Source: an uncultured virus (IMG/VR IMGVR_UViG_3300022923_001281)
Taxonomy: Duplodnaviria; Heunggongvirae; Uroviricota; Caudoviricetes
Reading direction: 5' to 3' (one strand)
Length of the DNA: 64,000 nucleotides
Virus record (IMG/VR): IMGVR_UViG_3300022923_001281
Made by a program: the position numbers and the translations under genes. The notes under the pieces were generated by a model, which had not been told where the DNA came from, ran no database searches, and was given only the letters and a program-made list of their open reading frames with translations. Position 1 is the stretch's first letter. Every line of letters begins with the position of its first letter. Of this stretch, positions 16,968 through 28,800 are shown piece by piece.

Positions 16968-17417
16968 ATGAGTTACTACAGTACAAAAACATACGGGCAC
17001 AACATAGGATTGAGTGCTTGCTTTAGACAACCTAAAGCACATAGCCATTGTAAATTTTTACATGGATACAGTTTACAATTTAAATTTACATTTGCGGCAA
17101 GTGAATTAGACGAACGAAACTGGGTCGTAGACTTTGGCGGATTAAAACCACTCAAAGCATGGCTTGAAGATACATTTGATCACAAGGTTGTGCTAGATGC
17201 GGATGATCCATTTATGTATCATTTTGAAACACTTGCGCAAGCAAAACTTGCTGAGCTTACAATCCTAGATGGCGTAGGCGTAGAGAAGTTTGCTTATCAT
17301 GCTTGGAAGTTTGCTAACGATCTTGTTAAAGAAATGACAGACGGACGTTGCTGGTGCGAGTCTTGTGAATGTGCAGAGCATGGAGCCAATAGTGCCATCT
17401 ACAAAGCATTGGACTGA
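16968..17417 (+). CDS. queD: 6-carboxy-5,6,7,8-tetrahydropterin synthase (QueD/PTPS)
   Basis: HSHCKFLHGYS, WVVDFGGLK, TFDHK, E.FA motifs. Confidence 0.9.
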   Translation: MSYYSTKTYGHNIGLSACFRQPKAHSHCKFLHGYSLQFKFTFAASELDERNWVVDFGGLKPLKAWLEDTFDHKVVLDADDPFMYHFETLAQAKLAELTILDGVGVEKFAYHAWKFANDLVKEMTDGRCWCESCECAEHGANSAIYKALD

Positions 17418-18225
17418 ATCCAAAGAAGTACGCAGGGCAAGAAAGGCACTAGAAAAAGCTAAAAAAGCAGAAGAAGAATCTAGTGCTAAACCTGTTGTAG
17501 AAAAAATTCTAAATAAAAAAACCAATAATAGACACATAGTATGCCTTAAATGGGGCGATAAGTATACGTATGATTATGTTAACAAATTACATAATATGTG
17601 TAAAAGGCATGCTCAAGAAGACTTTGAGTTTCATTGTTTTACAGAAAATGCCACAGGTATACAAAAAGGCATAAAAATCCATAATTTGCCTAAAATTAAA
17701 AAACTACAAGGTTGGTGGTTCAAACCTTGGTTCTTTAGCAATGAACTCCCATTCACCGGCACACTTTTGTTTCTTGATTTAGATATAGTAATATGTAATA
17801 ATATTGACAGATTTTTTAATTACAAACCCGAAAAAGATTTTCTAATCATTAGAGACTTTAATAGATCAATAAGAAGTAATTGGGACAGAGTAAATAGTAG
17901 TGTGTTTAGACTTACGGTGGGTAGCAGAGCACATCAATGGGATAATTTTTTAAGTCAAAAAGATGATACTATAAGACGTATGCCAGGAGATCAAGATTGG
18001 ATGTATAGAAATACAAAACCATATTGGTATTGGCCAGACGAATGGGTAAGAAGTTACAAATGGGAAATGCGTGACAGGCGTGATCTAGAACTTAAAAACG
18101 GAGTTAGGCAATTCAAAACAATTGGCTATCCAACAGTAGAAAAAGAACAGAGTATAGCTGTGTTTCATGGTAAACCTAATCCAGCAGACTGTAAAGACCC
18201 ATGGGTGTTAGAAAATTGGCAATGA
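17365..18225 (+). CDS. GT-A fold glycosyltransferase
   Basis: CLKWGDKY, GWWFK, LFLDLD (DxD), NSSV, GDQDW, VFHGKPNP; exact start uncertain. Confidence 0.8.
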   Translation: MNVQSMEPIVPSTKHWTESKEVRRARKALEKAKKAEEESSAKPVVEKILNKKTNNRHIVCLKWGDKYTYDYVNKLHNMCKRHAQEDFEFHCFTENATGIQKGIKIHNLPKIKKLQGWWFKPWFFSNELPFTGTLLFLDLDIVICNNIDRFFNYKPEKDFLIIRDFNRSIRSNWDRVNSSVFRLTVGSRAHQWDNFLSQKDDTIRRMPGDQDWMYRNTKPYWYWPDEWVRSYKWEMRDRRDLELKNGVRQFKTIGYPTVEKEQSIAVFHGKPNPADCKDPWVLENWQ

Positions 18226-18300
18226 ATCGTTTAAAAGATTTTAAACTATGGTATAGACATCTTAGAAAAGAAGGTAAACGCATGTACGGAGACAATCAGG

Positions 18301-18329
18301 TTGACATAGCATGGTATGCCAAGTATAAT
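18301..18329 (+). promoter_or_regulatory. sigma70-type promoter upstream of uvsE
   Basis: Perfect TTGACA-N17-TATAAT inside the small ORF 18201..18398. Confidence 0.75.
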
Positions 18330-18394
18330 GTAATTAATTGTGCTTTATGGGCATGGTATAATAGTAAGCACAACACATTGGATGGAAAATATAA

Positions 18395-19492
18395 ATGATG
18401 AATGATTTGAAATTTACCAACGCAGGAGATTTTCTAAAATCGCAGCAAAGACGTATTGGATTTGCTTGTAAATATCTACACCCTGATCAAACACAGAAGA
18501 ATAAAGTGCTCGAAGAATTACAGCGTCCACTTACAGAAAAGTGTACAACAGTCGCTTGGCTAAATAGACAGAGTAGAGACGTTGCTGAACAAAGGCTGTG
18601 GGACATTATGGAACACAACGCAGCAGCAGCGAAAAGGTTAGTAGAATATGTGGGAAGCCTTCCTGAACATCTTCGTATGGTCCGACTGGGTAGCAATCAG
18701 CTTCCTTGTGCTACCGAGCCTAGCTGGCGCTATTTTTGGTCTCGTCCAGATGTGGTGGCGTACTGTGAGAAGCACTACGCAAAAGTCGGTGACGCAGCCA
18801 GACGCTTGGATGTTAGGCTCTCAATGCACCCAGGACAATTTACAGTCCTTGCTTCGGATAACGAAGAAATTGTAGAACGGAGCATAGAAGAATTTGAATA
18901 TCACGCCACTCTCATCAGGTATATGGGCTACGGTAAGAAGTTCCAAGACTTTAAGAACAACGTCCACATCTCCGGCCGCAAAGGTCCCCAAGGTATCAAA
19001 GACGTCCTCCCAAGACTATCGCCAGAAGCAAGAAATACTATCACGATCGAAAACGACGAAAACAAATGGGGTCTCGAGGCTAGCCTAGAACTTGCTGATG
19101 ATGTTCCACTGGTGTTAGATATACATCACCACTGGGTAAACACAGGAGAATACATTGAACCAGATGATGACAGAATTTACCGTATTATCGATAGTTGGCG
19201 TGGTGTGCGTCCTGCTATGCATTACAGCCTTTGCCGTCCGGAGTACCTTGAAGGACATAGATCTAATGTTAGACCAGATATGGAAAAACTTTTAGAAGCA
19301 GGCTTCAAAAAACAAAAACTTAGAGCACACTCAGATTACTGCCATAATGATGCGTGTAACGACTGGGCATTAGAACACTGGGAATGGGCTGACATTATGG
19401 TCGAAGCTAAGATGAAAAACTTGGCAAGTAGACAACTACTACAAAGATATTATATGAACAAGGATCCGTTTGCTGGCAAACTAGCAGCATAA
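18395..19492 (+). CDS. uvsE: UV damage repair endonuclease
   Basis: RIGFAC, RLSMHPGQFTVLAS, IENDE, LVLDIHHH, HYS, AHSDY, DIMVEAKMK. Confidence 0.92.
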   Translation: MMNDLKFTNAGDFLKSQQRRIGFACKYLHPDQTQKNKVLEELQRPLTEKCTTVAWLNRQSRDVAEQRLWDIMEHNAAAAKRLVEYVGSLPEHLRMVRLGSNQLPCATEPSWRYFWSRPDVVAYCEKHYAKVGDAARRLDVRLSMHPGQFTVLASDNEEIVERSIEEFEYHATLIRYMGYGKKFQDFKNNVHISGRKGPQGIKDVLPRLSPEARNTITIENDENKWGLEASLELADDVPLVLDIHHHWVNTGEYIEPDDDRIYRIIDSWRGVRPAMHYSLCRPEYLEGHRSNVRPDMEKLLEAGFKKQKLRAHSDYCHNDACNDWALEHWEWADIMVEAKMKNLASRQLLQRYYMNKDPFAGKLAA

Positions 19493-20091
19493 TGTTTTTA
19501 AATGACACGCAAAAAATAGTAATATCAGTGCCTATGAAATGCGGTACTGAAACTTTTGCTGAAATATTTAAACATGACAAAAATTGGATTGACATTTATA
19601 AAAATAAAACTTTAGATGATATTGAATTATCAGGATTAGATAAAACTTTAAAAGTTTTTGAACTTACAGATAGAAATTTAAATAATTATACTCATTATGT
19701 AATTGTTAGACATCCAGTACAATGGATTGTAAGTGGTTTTAGATTCTTACAATCATTCAAACAAAATAGGAAATTATTCAAATACCATACTGATTTCTAC
19801 AAGCATTTAAAAGATGTAAAAAAAGAACGTGATTTGAATGTTACTGTGTTTAACTTATTTTGGAGCGATCATTGTAGTGTAATGCCCGATCGTTACTGTA
19901 ACGAAAATGCGCTACCAAGACAAATTGAAAACTTGGATGCTTTTTTAAATGAATTAAACATAGATACAGAAATTCCTATATTAAACAAAACAGGATCTCA
20001 TATTCCATACCCTGATATAAATATTCGATGTAGAACATTACTACAAGACATATGTAAGGATTACTGTCAACAATATGGTTACACTTTTTAA
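19492..20091 (+). CDS. sulfotransferase-like protein
   Basis: VPMKCGTET, VRHPVQWIVSG. Confidence 0.65.
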   Translation: MFLNDTQKIVISVPMKCGTETFAEIFKHDKNWIDIYKNKTLDDIELSGLDKTLKVFELTDRNLNNYTHYVIVRHPVQWIVSGFRFLQSFKQNRKLFKYHTDFYKHLKDVKKERDLNVTVFNLFWSDHCSVMPDRYCNENALPRQIENLDAFLNELNIDTEIPILNKTGSHIPYPDINIRCRTLLQDICKDYCQQYGYTF

Positions 20092-20746
20092 TTTAAAAAG
20101 AGGCATTGGAATAATAGGTCCATGTAAAAGTGGCAGCAGTAGTCTACAACGTAATGGTATGAATGGCAACTATTTAGATTTAGGATGGGCTCAAGGACCT
20201 GAATCAAGAGCGTTCCAGAGAAAAAGTCTTAATCACATCGAATTTAAACCTAAAGTACAAGACCTTCAGTGGTATATTTTATCACGTAACCCTGTTCACT
20301 GGTATATGAGTGGACGATATATGGTAATGACTACTAGAAAAGATGTACATCTATTTTCAGCCGAGGTCCGTTATATAAATTTAGTTGACTTTTTTAAACA
20401 TGTACAAGAGTGGACACTAGAAAAAATATCAGTAAATAGTAAAGTTGAATACCAAAATAATTTTATTACTCATTGTGTTATGAGTCCTTATCAAATAAAA
20501 AAGTCAATTGTAAATAATACCAAAAAACTTAGTACTATAAATATTGAAAATAAAAATCAAAGATATCTAATTACAAAATTAATAAGTGGCAATTTTCCTC
20601 ATGTGAACAAAACATCATTCAAAAATAAAGAAATTATTTGTGATAAAAGTGCCGATATTTTAAAAGACCTTTGTAAAGATTGGGCAAGCGCAGAAGGATA
20701 TAATATTGAAGAATCAATTGAGAATTGGAACATAAATACAGCATGA
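20075..20746 (+). CDS. sulfotransferase-like protein (divergent)
   Basis: GPCKSGSSS, SRNPVHWYMSG. Confidence 0.55.
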   Translation: MVTLFNLKRGIGIIGPCKSGSSSLQRNGMNGNYLDLGWAQGPESRAFQRKSLNHIEFKPKVQDLQWYILSRNPVHWYMSGRYMVMTTRKDVHLFSAEVRYINLVDFFKHVQEWTLEKISVNSKVEYQNNFITHCVMSPYQIKKSIVNNTKKLSTINIENKNQRYLITKLISGNFPHVNKTSFKNKEIICDKSADILKDLCKDWASAEGYNIEESIENWNINTA

Positions 20747-20994
20747 GAAGTAGTAAATTTATAAGATCAATGTATGCTCGAACAACACCTAGTGTATCTG
20801 AAAAAAATCCTAACAGAGTTTTAGGAGGATTAAAAGGACACGGTGCTGATCATTATAGTGTATTAGGTGAAGATGGCACACAACGTGAAGTGCCTACTAG
20901 AGCGTATGTCCAAGGTTTAGAAGAAAAAATTAGAGCGCAGGATACACGTATATTAACTCTAGAGAAAAAAGTAAGGAAATTTAGCAATGATTAA
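20743..20994 (+). CDS. hypothetical protein, apparently leaderless late gene
   Basis: TAAATA at 20733-20738, ATG at 20743; C-terminal coiled coil. Confidence 0.65.
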   Translation: MRSSKFIRSMYARTTPSVSEKNPNRVLGGLKGHGADHYSVLGEDGTQREVPTRAYVQGLEEKIRAQDTRILTLEKKVRKFSND

Positions 20995-21151
20995 AAAATG
21001 GATTGATGCTCGATTAAAAGAACGAACCTCATGGGACGGAGCAGCACTTATTGCGCTCGGACTTATGGTTTTATTTTTAGCACCACTAGCAAAGATTGCG
21101 GCAGGTCTTGCGATAGCATATGGAATTTGGACTATCTGGAAACAGGACTAA
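20987..21151 (+). CDS. 54-aa membrane protein (not in ORF track)
   Basis: MIKKWIDARLKERTSWDGAALIALGLMVLFLAPLAKIAAGLAIAYGIWTIWKQD; AAGGA SD. Confidence 0.7.
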   Translation: MIKKWIDARLKERTSWDGAALIALGLMVLFLAPLAKIAAGLAIAYGIWTIWKQD

Positions 21152-21631
21152 ATGAAATTACAACAGCGTATTGTAATAAAAGCCAACGATATGGTGGATT
21201 GTTGGCGAACTGAGAATAGCGGACAATGTAGCACTTGTTATCGTAATTGGCATGACAAAGGAAAAAGTTTTGAGGAAAGTTTAAAAACTATACCTGAAGA
21301 TGATTTGAGTATTTTGTTAGAAATGTTTACCGATATTGAACACGAAGTTTATTCTGATCCAAACAAAATACAAGAAGTATATGGAGATTCTTGGAACTTG
21401 CCTTCGGGAGAAAAAACCAGTGACAAAAGCCGGATGCCTAGGACTATTGTAATTATAGAAAACAATGTTCCAAACGCTGTGATTGCTGGTAGAGTTATTT
21501 TTGCTGGAAACGTTTTAGGACATTCATCTGGTGTATTATTGCGAGATAAAATCATAGTCGGTTTGAGCTATAAAGACAGAGGCGGCAAAGAACCAAAAGA
21601 TGTAGACAAACATGTTTGGTGGGAAGAGTGA
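21152..21631 (+). CDS. hypothetical protein
   Basis: 159-aa ORF abutting its neighbours. Confidence 0.65.
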   Translation: MKLQQRIVIKANDMVDCWRTENSGQCSTCYRNWHDKGKSFEESLKTIPEDDLSILLEMFTDIEHEVYSDPNKIQEVYGDSWNLPSGEKTSDKSRMPRTIVIIENNVPNAVIAGRVIFAGNVLGHSSGVLLRDKIIVGLSYKDRGGKEPKDVDKHVWWEE

Positions 21632-22176
21632 TATTTTACAGCAAGCAAAGAAATTTATCTGTAGTAACTATAGCAAAAAATGGTAGTGAAACAATTATCA
21701 AATCTATACGTGATGATTTTACCCAAGTCAAAAATCCTAAAAACAAACAATTAGTAATCATTAGAGATCCATTATCTAGATGGATTAGTGGCATAGTAGA
21801 ACAAAGTTTGTACGGTCCGCACGTTAAAGGATTACGATCAATTGAGTCAATGCTCAAAAGTTGTGCTATAAAAGTTTTTCAAAATAATGTAGCACATGAA
21901 GATTACCATACAGAACCTCAAGTTAGTTTCTTGTACGATTTGCCAACAATATATTATTATATGACACCAACAGTTTTTGAGGATATTAATCGTGATCATA
22001 ACATATTTAAAGGCATTACACATTTACATACTAGCACAGAAGGCAAAAGATTAGAATATACACAAGCATTAAAGAACTGGGTAGTAGCCAATCAAAAAGC
22101 AGTTGATGATTGGGCAAAAGTTGTATATCAAGACGATTACAATCTTATAGAAAATTCACATTTTGTTAATAGGTAA
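21616..22176 (+). CDS. sulfotransferase-like protein
   Basis: IAKNGSET, IRDPLSRWISG, HTEPQ, C-terminal YQDD. Confidence 0.65.
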   Translation: MVGRVIFYSKQRNLSVVTIAKNGSETIIKSIRDDFTQVKNPKNKQLVIIRDPLSRWISGIVEQSLYGPHVKGLRSIESMLKSCAIKVFQNNVAHEDYHTEPQVSFLYDLPTIYYYMTPTVFEDINRDHNIFKGITHLHTSTEGKRLEYTQALKNWVVANQKAVDDWAKVVYQDDYNLIENSHFVNR

Positions 22177-22443
22177 TGTACTACTGGCTTTAAGTTGCCA
22201 GACTTTTCGTTTGTCTACACCTTTTTGTTGAGCAAACTTTTTAGCATCACAGTTTTCACAAACATGAAAATAGTTATTTGTAAGTCTTTTAGGATCCATG
22301 GAACCACGTTCTCTTGTGAATTCAATATCGCAGCTATCACAACGTAAAACTACCATTGTTTTTTTACGACAATAACCGTGTTGATTGCCAAGTTTACTAC
22401 GGCGCATGTGCCAAGTATCAATTAAAAATTCTTTTATAAACAT
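22156..22443 (-). CDS. zinc-finger protein, apparently leaderless late gene
   Basis: CDSC...HVCENC; minus-strand TAAATA 5 nt before the ATG. Confidence 0.75.
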   Translation of the reverse strand: MFIKEFLIDTWHMRRSKLGNQHGYCRKKTMVVLRCDSCDIEFTRERGSMDPKRLTNNYFHVCENCDAKKFAQQKGVDKRKVWQLKASSTLPINKM

Positions 22444-22499
22444 AACTATATTTACATTAAGATTATAAAAAGTAACGATAAATATTAGAAAGGAACACT

Positions 22500-22862
22500 A
22501 TGAGCATACTAACTTTAACTCCAGCAGCAGAAAAACAAATAGATCTTTTATGCGAAGAGAACGAAGCCTATGGCATTACTCTTAACATCAAAGGCGGTGG
22601 TTGTGCTGGATTTGAGTACGAATGGGGTACTATTGCTAATCCAACAGACCTAGAAAAAGATGATGAAGTAGTTAAAACAGCAAACGGATGTGCGTTTGTT
22701 GTTGGCGCACATAGTTTAATGTTTTTAATCGGTACTGAAGTAGACTATGTTAAAAGTCTAGTTGGTGCTAACTTTGAAATTAACAATCCAAACGCACACA
22801 GTAGTTGTGGTTGCGGAGTAAGTGTTAATTTTGATATGGATAATTTAGTACCACAATTTTAA
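22500..22862 (+). CDS. iscA: A-type Fe-S cluster carrier (IscA/SufA/HesB family)
   Basis: GGGCAGFEY and NPNA.SSCGCGVS. Confidence 0.9.
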   Translation: MSILTLTPAAEKQIDLLCEENEAYGITLNIKGGGCAGFEYEWGTIANPTDLEKDDEVVKTANGCAFVVGAHSLMFLIGTEVDYVKSLVGANFEINNPNAHSSCGCGVSVNFDMDNLVPQF

Positions 22863-22874
22863 AGGAAATAAAAG

Positions 22875-25800
22875 ATGGCAAAGCAAGAAGTTGATATTGG
22901 CGTAGAGGGTAATGATGGCACAGGCGACAGTATCCGTGAAAGTTTCAAAAAGGTAAACGAAAACTTTACCGAATTATATGCTATTTTTGGACTTGGTGGT
23001 CAAATTAGTATTACTGATCTAAATGATACACCAGCATCTACTACTGGTGAAGCAGGCAAAGTTCTATTAGTAAATCAAGCAGGAACCGGCATAGATTTTT
23101 ACGAACTGGTAAGTGATGCTGGAAATTCAGATCCTAATGACGGGCAAAACACAGTAGCATTTAGTGTTGATGGCAACAAATTAAAAATTAGTGTTATTAA
23201 CGTTAATATTGAATCTGATCCTGCTCCGATCTTAAGTAATCCTTTAAAAATGGGTGCTGCTCTAGCCTATGGTGAAACCACTTATGATAAAGTTATAGTT
23301 GACAGTGAAAGACAAACACTCATTGATAACTGGAATCTAGTACACGAACCAGACGTTGAGATTGATAGGATGATTGCTCCTACTGGATTAAACCAAAGAC
23401 AATTTATTGAAAAAAACACCCCTGGCATGGGTCCAAGAGTAGCAGACATGCCAACAGACGCATCTGGCTATACAAAAACTATTGCTAGTTATAATGTAGC
23501 CGGAAGAGTAAATATGCCAGCACACGGCTTTACAGAAGCTGTGACAGGCAGCAGATGGAAATACAGTTCTGATACTACAGACGCTACCAACTTGGTTACT
23601 GACCAATTTTATTATGTAAGAAGAGAAAATGCTGATCAATTAACACTTCACCCAACAGCAGCAGATGCTTTAGATAACACAAACCAAATTGTGCCAAGCG
23701 GAGGCACTGGTGTACAATCTCTAATAGATGCATCATATAACGATACCTTAGAAGGATTTTGGACAGAAGATGCTATCCTTCCAAGAAAAGAAATAGTTCG
23801 TAGAACTGGCGATACTATGACAGGTGCTCTAACATTACATGATCATCCTGCTCCATTGGCAGGTGCCGGCACTCCAAACACTGCTGATGACTTACAAGCA
23901 GCTACAAAGTATTACGTAGACAGCCAACAATATACACTTAGCGAAAATGTCTATGTAAGCACAAAAGGTGACGATGCACAAACACAAACACCTCCAGGTA
24001 GAGAAGGACGTAGTGAAACTTATGCTTATAGAACTATAGCAGCGGCATGTGCTAGAGCAGCTCGATTACAAGAAGCAGCAGATATTGATGTAGGACCTTA
24101 TGTACAAACATTAACATTCACTGATGGTACAGGTACTAACAACGGCTACGTTGATAACTTTTCAAATATTGGATATACAGCAGTTAGTGCTGAAGTAACA
24201 ACAGTAGCAAATACTATCGCATCAAACCGTCAGACAGTTATTGACGATACAATAGCAGCTATTGCTACAACTTATCCAGATTTTGTTTATAATGAAGCAA
24301 CTTGTAGACGAGACTTAGGTTTAATTTTTGATAGTATTAGACTGGATATTCTAGCAAGTACTGTAAGTATCAAGCATAATTTTTTAACTAGATATGCTGG
24401 ATTAAGATATTATGCTAATGCTAGTGGCGAAATTGCTATCGCTCAAGGAGCAGGCGGACAATACGCACAAACTAGATTTGCTATTGTAACAGCACAGATT
24501 GCTATGTTAGCTTTGATTAACACAGCACTAGGAGGCAGTGCTACAGGTAACCAATGGTATCTTGCTACTGATGCTAGGTTTGATGATATTTTAGCTATGA
24601 TAGACACAACTACATCAGATGTTGCTATTGTAGAAGCAAGTAATGATTATCAACTGTATATCTATAGTGGATCTAACAAATTTTTAACGCAAGCAGGTGA
24701 CCCAGCAAATGGCGCTGATGCTAATATTGATATTTTTCCAGGTAAAATTGTTAGAGGTAAGAAAAGTGGAGCAGTTGGTGTAATCAACAATTATACCCGA
24801 GGTGCTGACACAGTAGGCACTCCTACATATGATACATTATCACTTAAACTACTTTTACCAATTGAATTTATTGATGAAGAAGAAATTGAATATGGTGCCT
24901 TTGTTAAAAAATCACAAATTAGTGTTAGAATCGAATCAGGTACATATGAAGAACAATTGCCTATTAAACTACCTGCGAACGTTAGTATCAAAGGTGACGA
25001 ATTTAGACGAGTAATTATACGTCCAGCACCTGGTCCAAGTTTAAGTGAAGCTGCTAATATATATTTTTACAGAGACGCTACAATTGACGGCTTAACAACC
25101 GCAACAGCAGGTGAGGCTTATGTTAGTGATCTTACACTAGCAACAGAAGGTTACTTTGGTCGACATTATTTGACAGATCCTACTAGTCCTATGAATATTA
25201 GTACTTTTGCGGCGTCTAACCCAGGAAACTTTAACCAAGCAGCAGATTTAATTAGACTTAATAGACAATTTATTATTGACAGGACTATTAGCTTTATTAC
25301 TACAACTTATCCTTCGTTAGTTTACGACGAAGACAAGTGTCGTAGAGATACAGGTTATATTGTAGATGGCATTATTAAAGACTTGATCAAAGGTGGTCGT
25401 GTCAATAGTGCTGTAAATCAAAAATCGTATGCCGCAAATGTTGTACCTGGTCAAGAAACTGAAACAGAAGCAGCTATTAATAACATCGCTGTTATTATAA
25501 CAAGTGTACTAGCACAAACAGCATACGCCGGAGCCGGTGGTGATACTGGTAGAGTAACAAACAGCAGTCTAACAGCAGAAGCAGCAGCAAATACAAATGC
25601 TGGCGAGTTGGTAAGTTTTGTTTCTTATGCCTTTAACGGATCTTATAATCCAGCACTTGATAATAATGAAATGGACATGTTCCTATGTAACGATAACACA
25701 ATTATTAGAAACGTTACAGCACAACGACAAGGTGGCTTTATGATGGTTCTTGATCCAGAAGGATCAATTTTAACTAGATCACCGTATGCCCAAACATGTT

Positions 25801-28800
25801 CTAGTTTTTCTAGAAGCACAAATGAAAAAGCATTTAGAGGTGGTATGTTTATTGATGGCTATGTTTACAACATGCCAATGACAGTCATCCAAAATGGTAA
25901 TACAGATCCATTTAGAATACAAGTTGAAGCGCCAAGCACAAGTGGATTAGGTATTAGAAAACCACTAGTTCCGTGTAGTTTCTTTGAGTATGGTAGACGC
26001 TATCAAGTTAATGCCATTGTTGATTATGTGCCGAATAATGGTAGTGGAGTAGCAACTGCCACACTTGTTTTAGATCCAAGAGCAAATAGTGGCAACGGTT
26101 TAGACGACGATATGGATTCAGCAGGCGGTCCAGTTCCAATCATCCTTCAAGGTGCTGGTAACAAATCTATGTTGGCAAACGACTACACACAAATTAACGA
26201 TCTAGGATATGGTGTTATTGCTAACAATAATGCACTAACAGAACTTGTTAGTGTGTTTACATATTATGCTCATACTGGATATTTGTCTAGAAACGGGTCA
26301 CAGATTCGATCACTAACAGGTAATAACAGTTATGGTAATTTTGGTATGGTTGCCGAAGGTAGCGATCCAGATGAAGTAGCAAGAGATGTTACTTTAGCAC
26401 AAGACTTAACACAACCAGTAAAAATGTTTGTTGTTGATCAAGAAGTTGAAATCACAGGTAATTCCAATGGTATTGCTAGAAACGATGTACTTAGACAATA
26501 CAATACAACGACTGACAATATTGCTAGGGCTACAGTAATCTTCAACGACGATAATAGTACAAATAGTACGATTAGTGTAAACAGATACATTGATTTCCAA
26601 ACATCATATGAATATACATTTAATGCTACAGACGAAATAACTGTAAACTCACCTACAAACGGCACCTCCTTGTTATCTGGTACTAGATATGTCATTGGTA
26701 CTATTGACGGATCAGACTGGACAACAGTAGGCGCAGCAAGTAATACTGTAGGATTAGCATTCACAGCAAATGCTACAAATGCTGGCGGCACAGGTGTTGC
26801 GTATCAAAGTTTTGGAGTTCCAGTTTCTGTAAATAACGTTGGCTTAGGAGGAACCAAGAACCAAGCAAGAGCATTCATTTACGATTGTACAGTTCTTCCG
26901 TTGAACGCATCTCAACTAGAAATACACCATGACGATCCTGATGAAACTTTCCAGCCATACGAAGTTATTAACGTAAGTGATACTGGAACAGTTATTCCAG
27001 TAGATTATACTGATACAACATTAGCAGATGATCTTGGATCAACATCAGATTTTGCGAACAAAGTATGGAGATTAGAATTTACATCTGGTACTGGCGGCGC
27101 AGTATCAACCGAAAGCACTGGTCTTCAGTTTAATGTAAACCATGCTCAAATGGCTGTTATGACAAGCCAACAAAACTTATTTGTAAATGGTATTAGTAGC
27201 GATGTTGTCACAAGACCTTCTACTGCTTTGATTTTTGATGAACAAGAAATTGTTACCTATAGAACATTAGCATTTGAAAACCTAATTACTCCAGGCTATC
27301 CAGCAGTAGGATCTCAGACCCGTATTACAATTGATGATAATTTTGATTATGTAGATCTAGTAGTATCAAACGATTTTGCTGGACAAGCACCTGGTACTTA
27401 TAGTTTAAGTGGCGGCACTACATTAGGTGATACACAAGGTGATCAACACATTGCTGTATCAACTGTATTAAGTGCTAATGATACAGCAAGGCTTAACAGT
27501 AGTGATATTGATATGATTTTTTCTTGGAAAGGTAAAGTACATGTCATTACAAATTATCAAGTTGTAACAGATAGTGGTTCGGGCACACAATTTGGTATCA
27601 TAAGTTTTACAGACAAATATAGTATTCACGATAGTTATGTAGGAAGCGGTATTGCTGGTCAGGTAAGTGGCCCAACTGGTGATAACATTACTTTACAAGT
27701 AGGTTTACAAGAAGCCGAATCGGGTAATGTTACTGTAAATATTAGTACATGTCGTGCTACATCACATGACTTCTTGGATATTGGTACAGGCGGATACAAC
27801 ACCAGTAACTATCCTGATAGAGTTTTTGGCGGTCCTGTACAACAACCAGTAACTGATGAACAAAGTATCGATAGTGAAGGCTTTGCCAGCAAGGCACAAG
27901 TACAAGAACGTACTAGAGGAAGGGTGTTCTTTGCGTCAACCGACCAAGATGGTTTCTTCCGTGTTGGTAGATTCTTTACAGTTGACCAAGGTACTGGTAG
28001 AATTACATTTAACGCAGCACTTGTTCTAACAAACATTGATGGTATTGGCTTCAAACGAGGTGTGCGTGTCAACGAATTTAGTGCTGATGATACATTTACA
28101 AATGCTACAGCAGATTCTGTACCAGTTGAAACAGCAGTTGAAGGTTATATCGACAGACGTTTGGGTATGGATCGAAATGGTACAGCACTAGCAGGTGCTC
28201 AAATCATACCTCAAGGTACTGGTGGTTTCTTAGCATTAAGCGGCACAGTTCCAATGGCAGGCGACCTACGCATGGGCGGACAGCAAATTAATGACCTTGC
28301 TACACCAACTAGCGGAAGTGACGCAGCAACAAAAGCATATGTAGACGCAGGAGACGAAGCATATGATACACTTGAGGAACTTGAAGACACTAATATCGAT
28401 GATGAACAGGCTTTAGCAGATAACCAATTCTTGGTATATGATGCTACATTGTCAAAATGGACCAACGCAGCATATGATACAAATGTGGGCAACAGTGATT
28501 TTGTTGTAACATACAACGAAAGCAGTAATGTTCTAGAAGGTCAAATTACAGCAGGTGCTATTGTAAACGCTGACATTGCTGCTGGTGCTAACATTGCTCA
28601 AAGTAAATTAGCGTTGGCTTTTGCTTCTGCTGCCGCAGATGCTGCTACTGCTGTTGAAGGTATAGCCAGTTTTGATAGTGCTAACTTTGAAGTAGATGGA
28701 GACGGATTTGTAGGCATTAAAGACAGTGGTATTAGTAATGATGATCTTGCGGGTAGTATTGCCAACGGTAAACTTGCCAACAGCAATATTAATATTTCAG

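Noticed and set aside
21031..21213. ORF-track 60-aa ORF
   Set aside because: The overlapping frame 20987..21151 has an SD, tiles exactly between neighbours and encodes a coherent membrane protein, so it is preferred.
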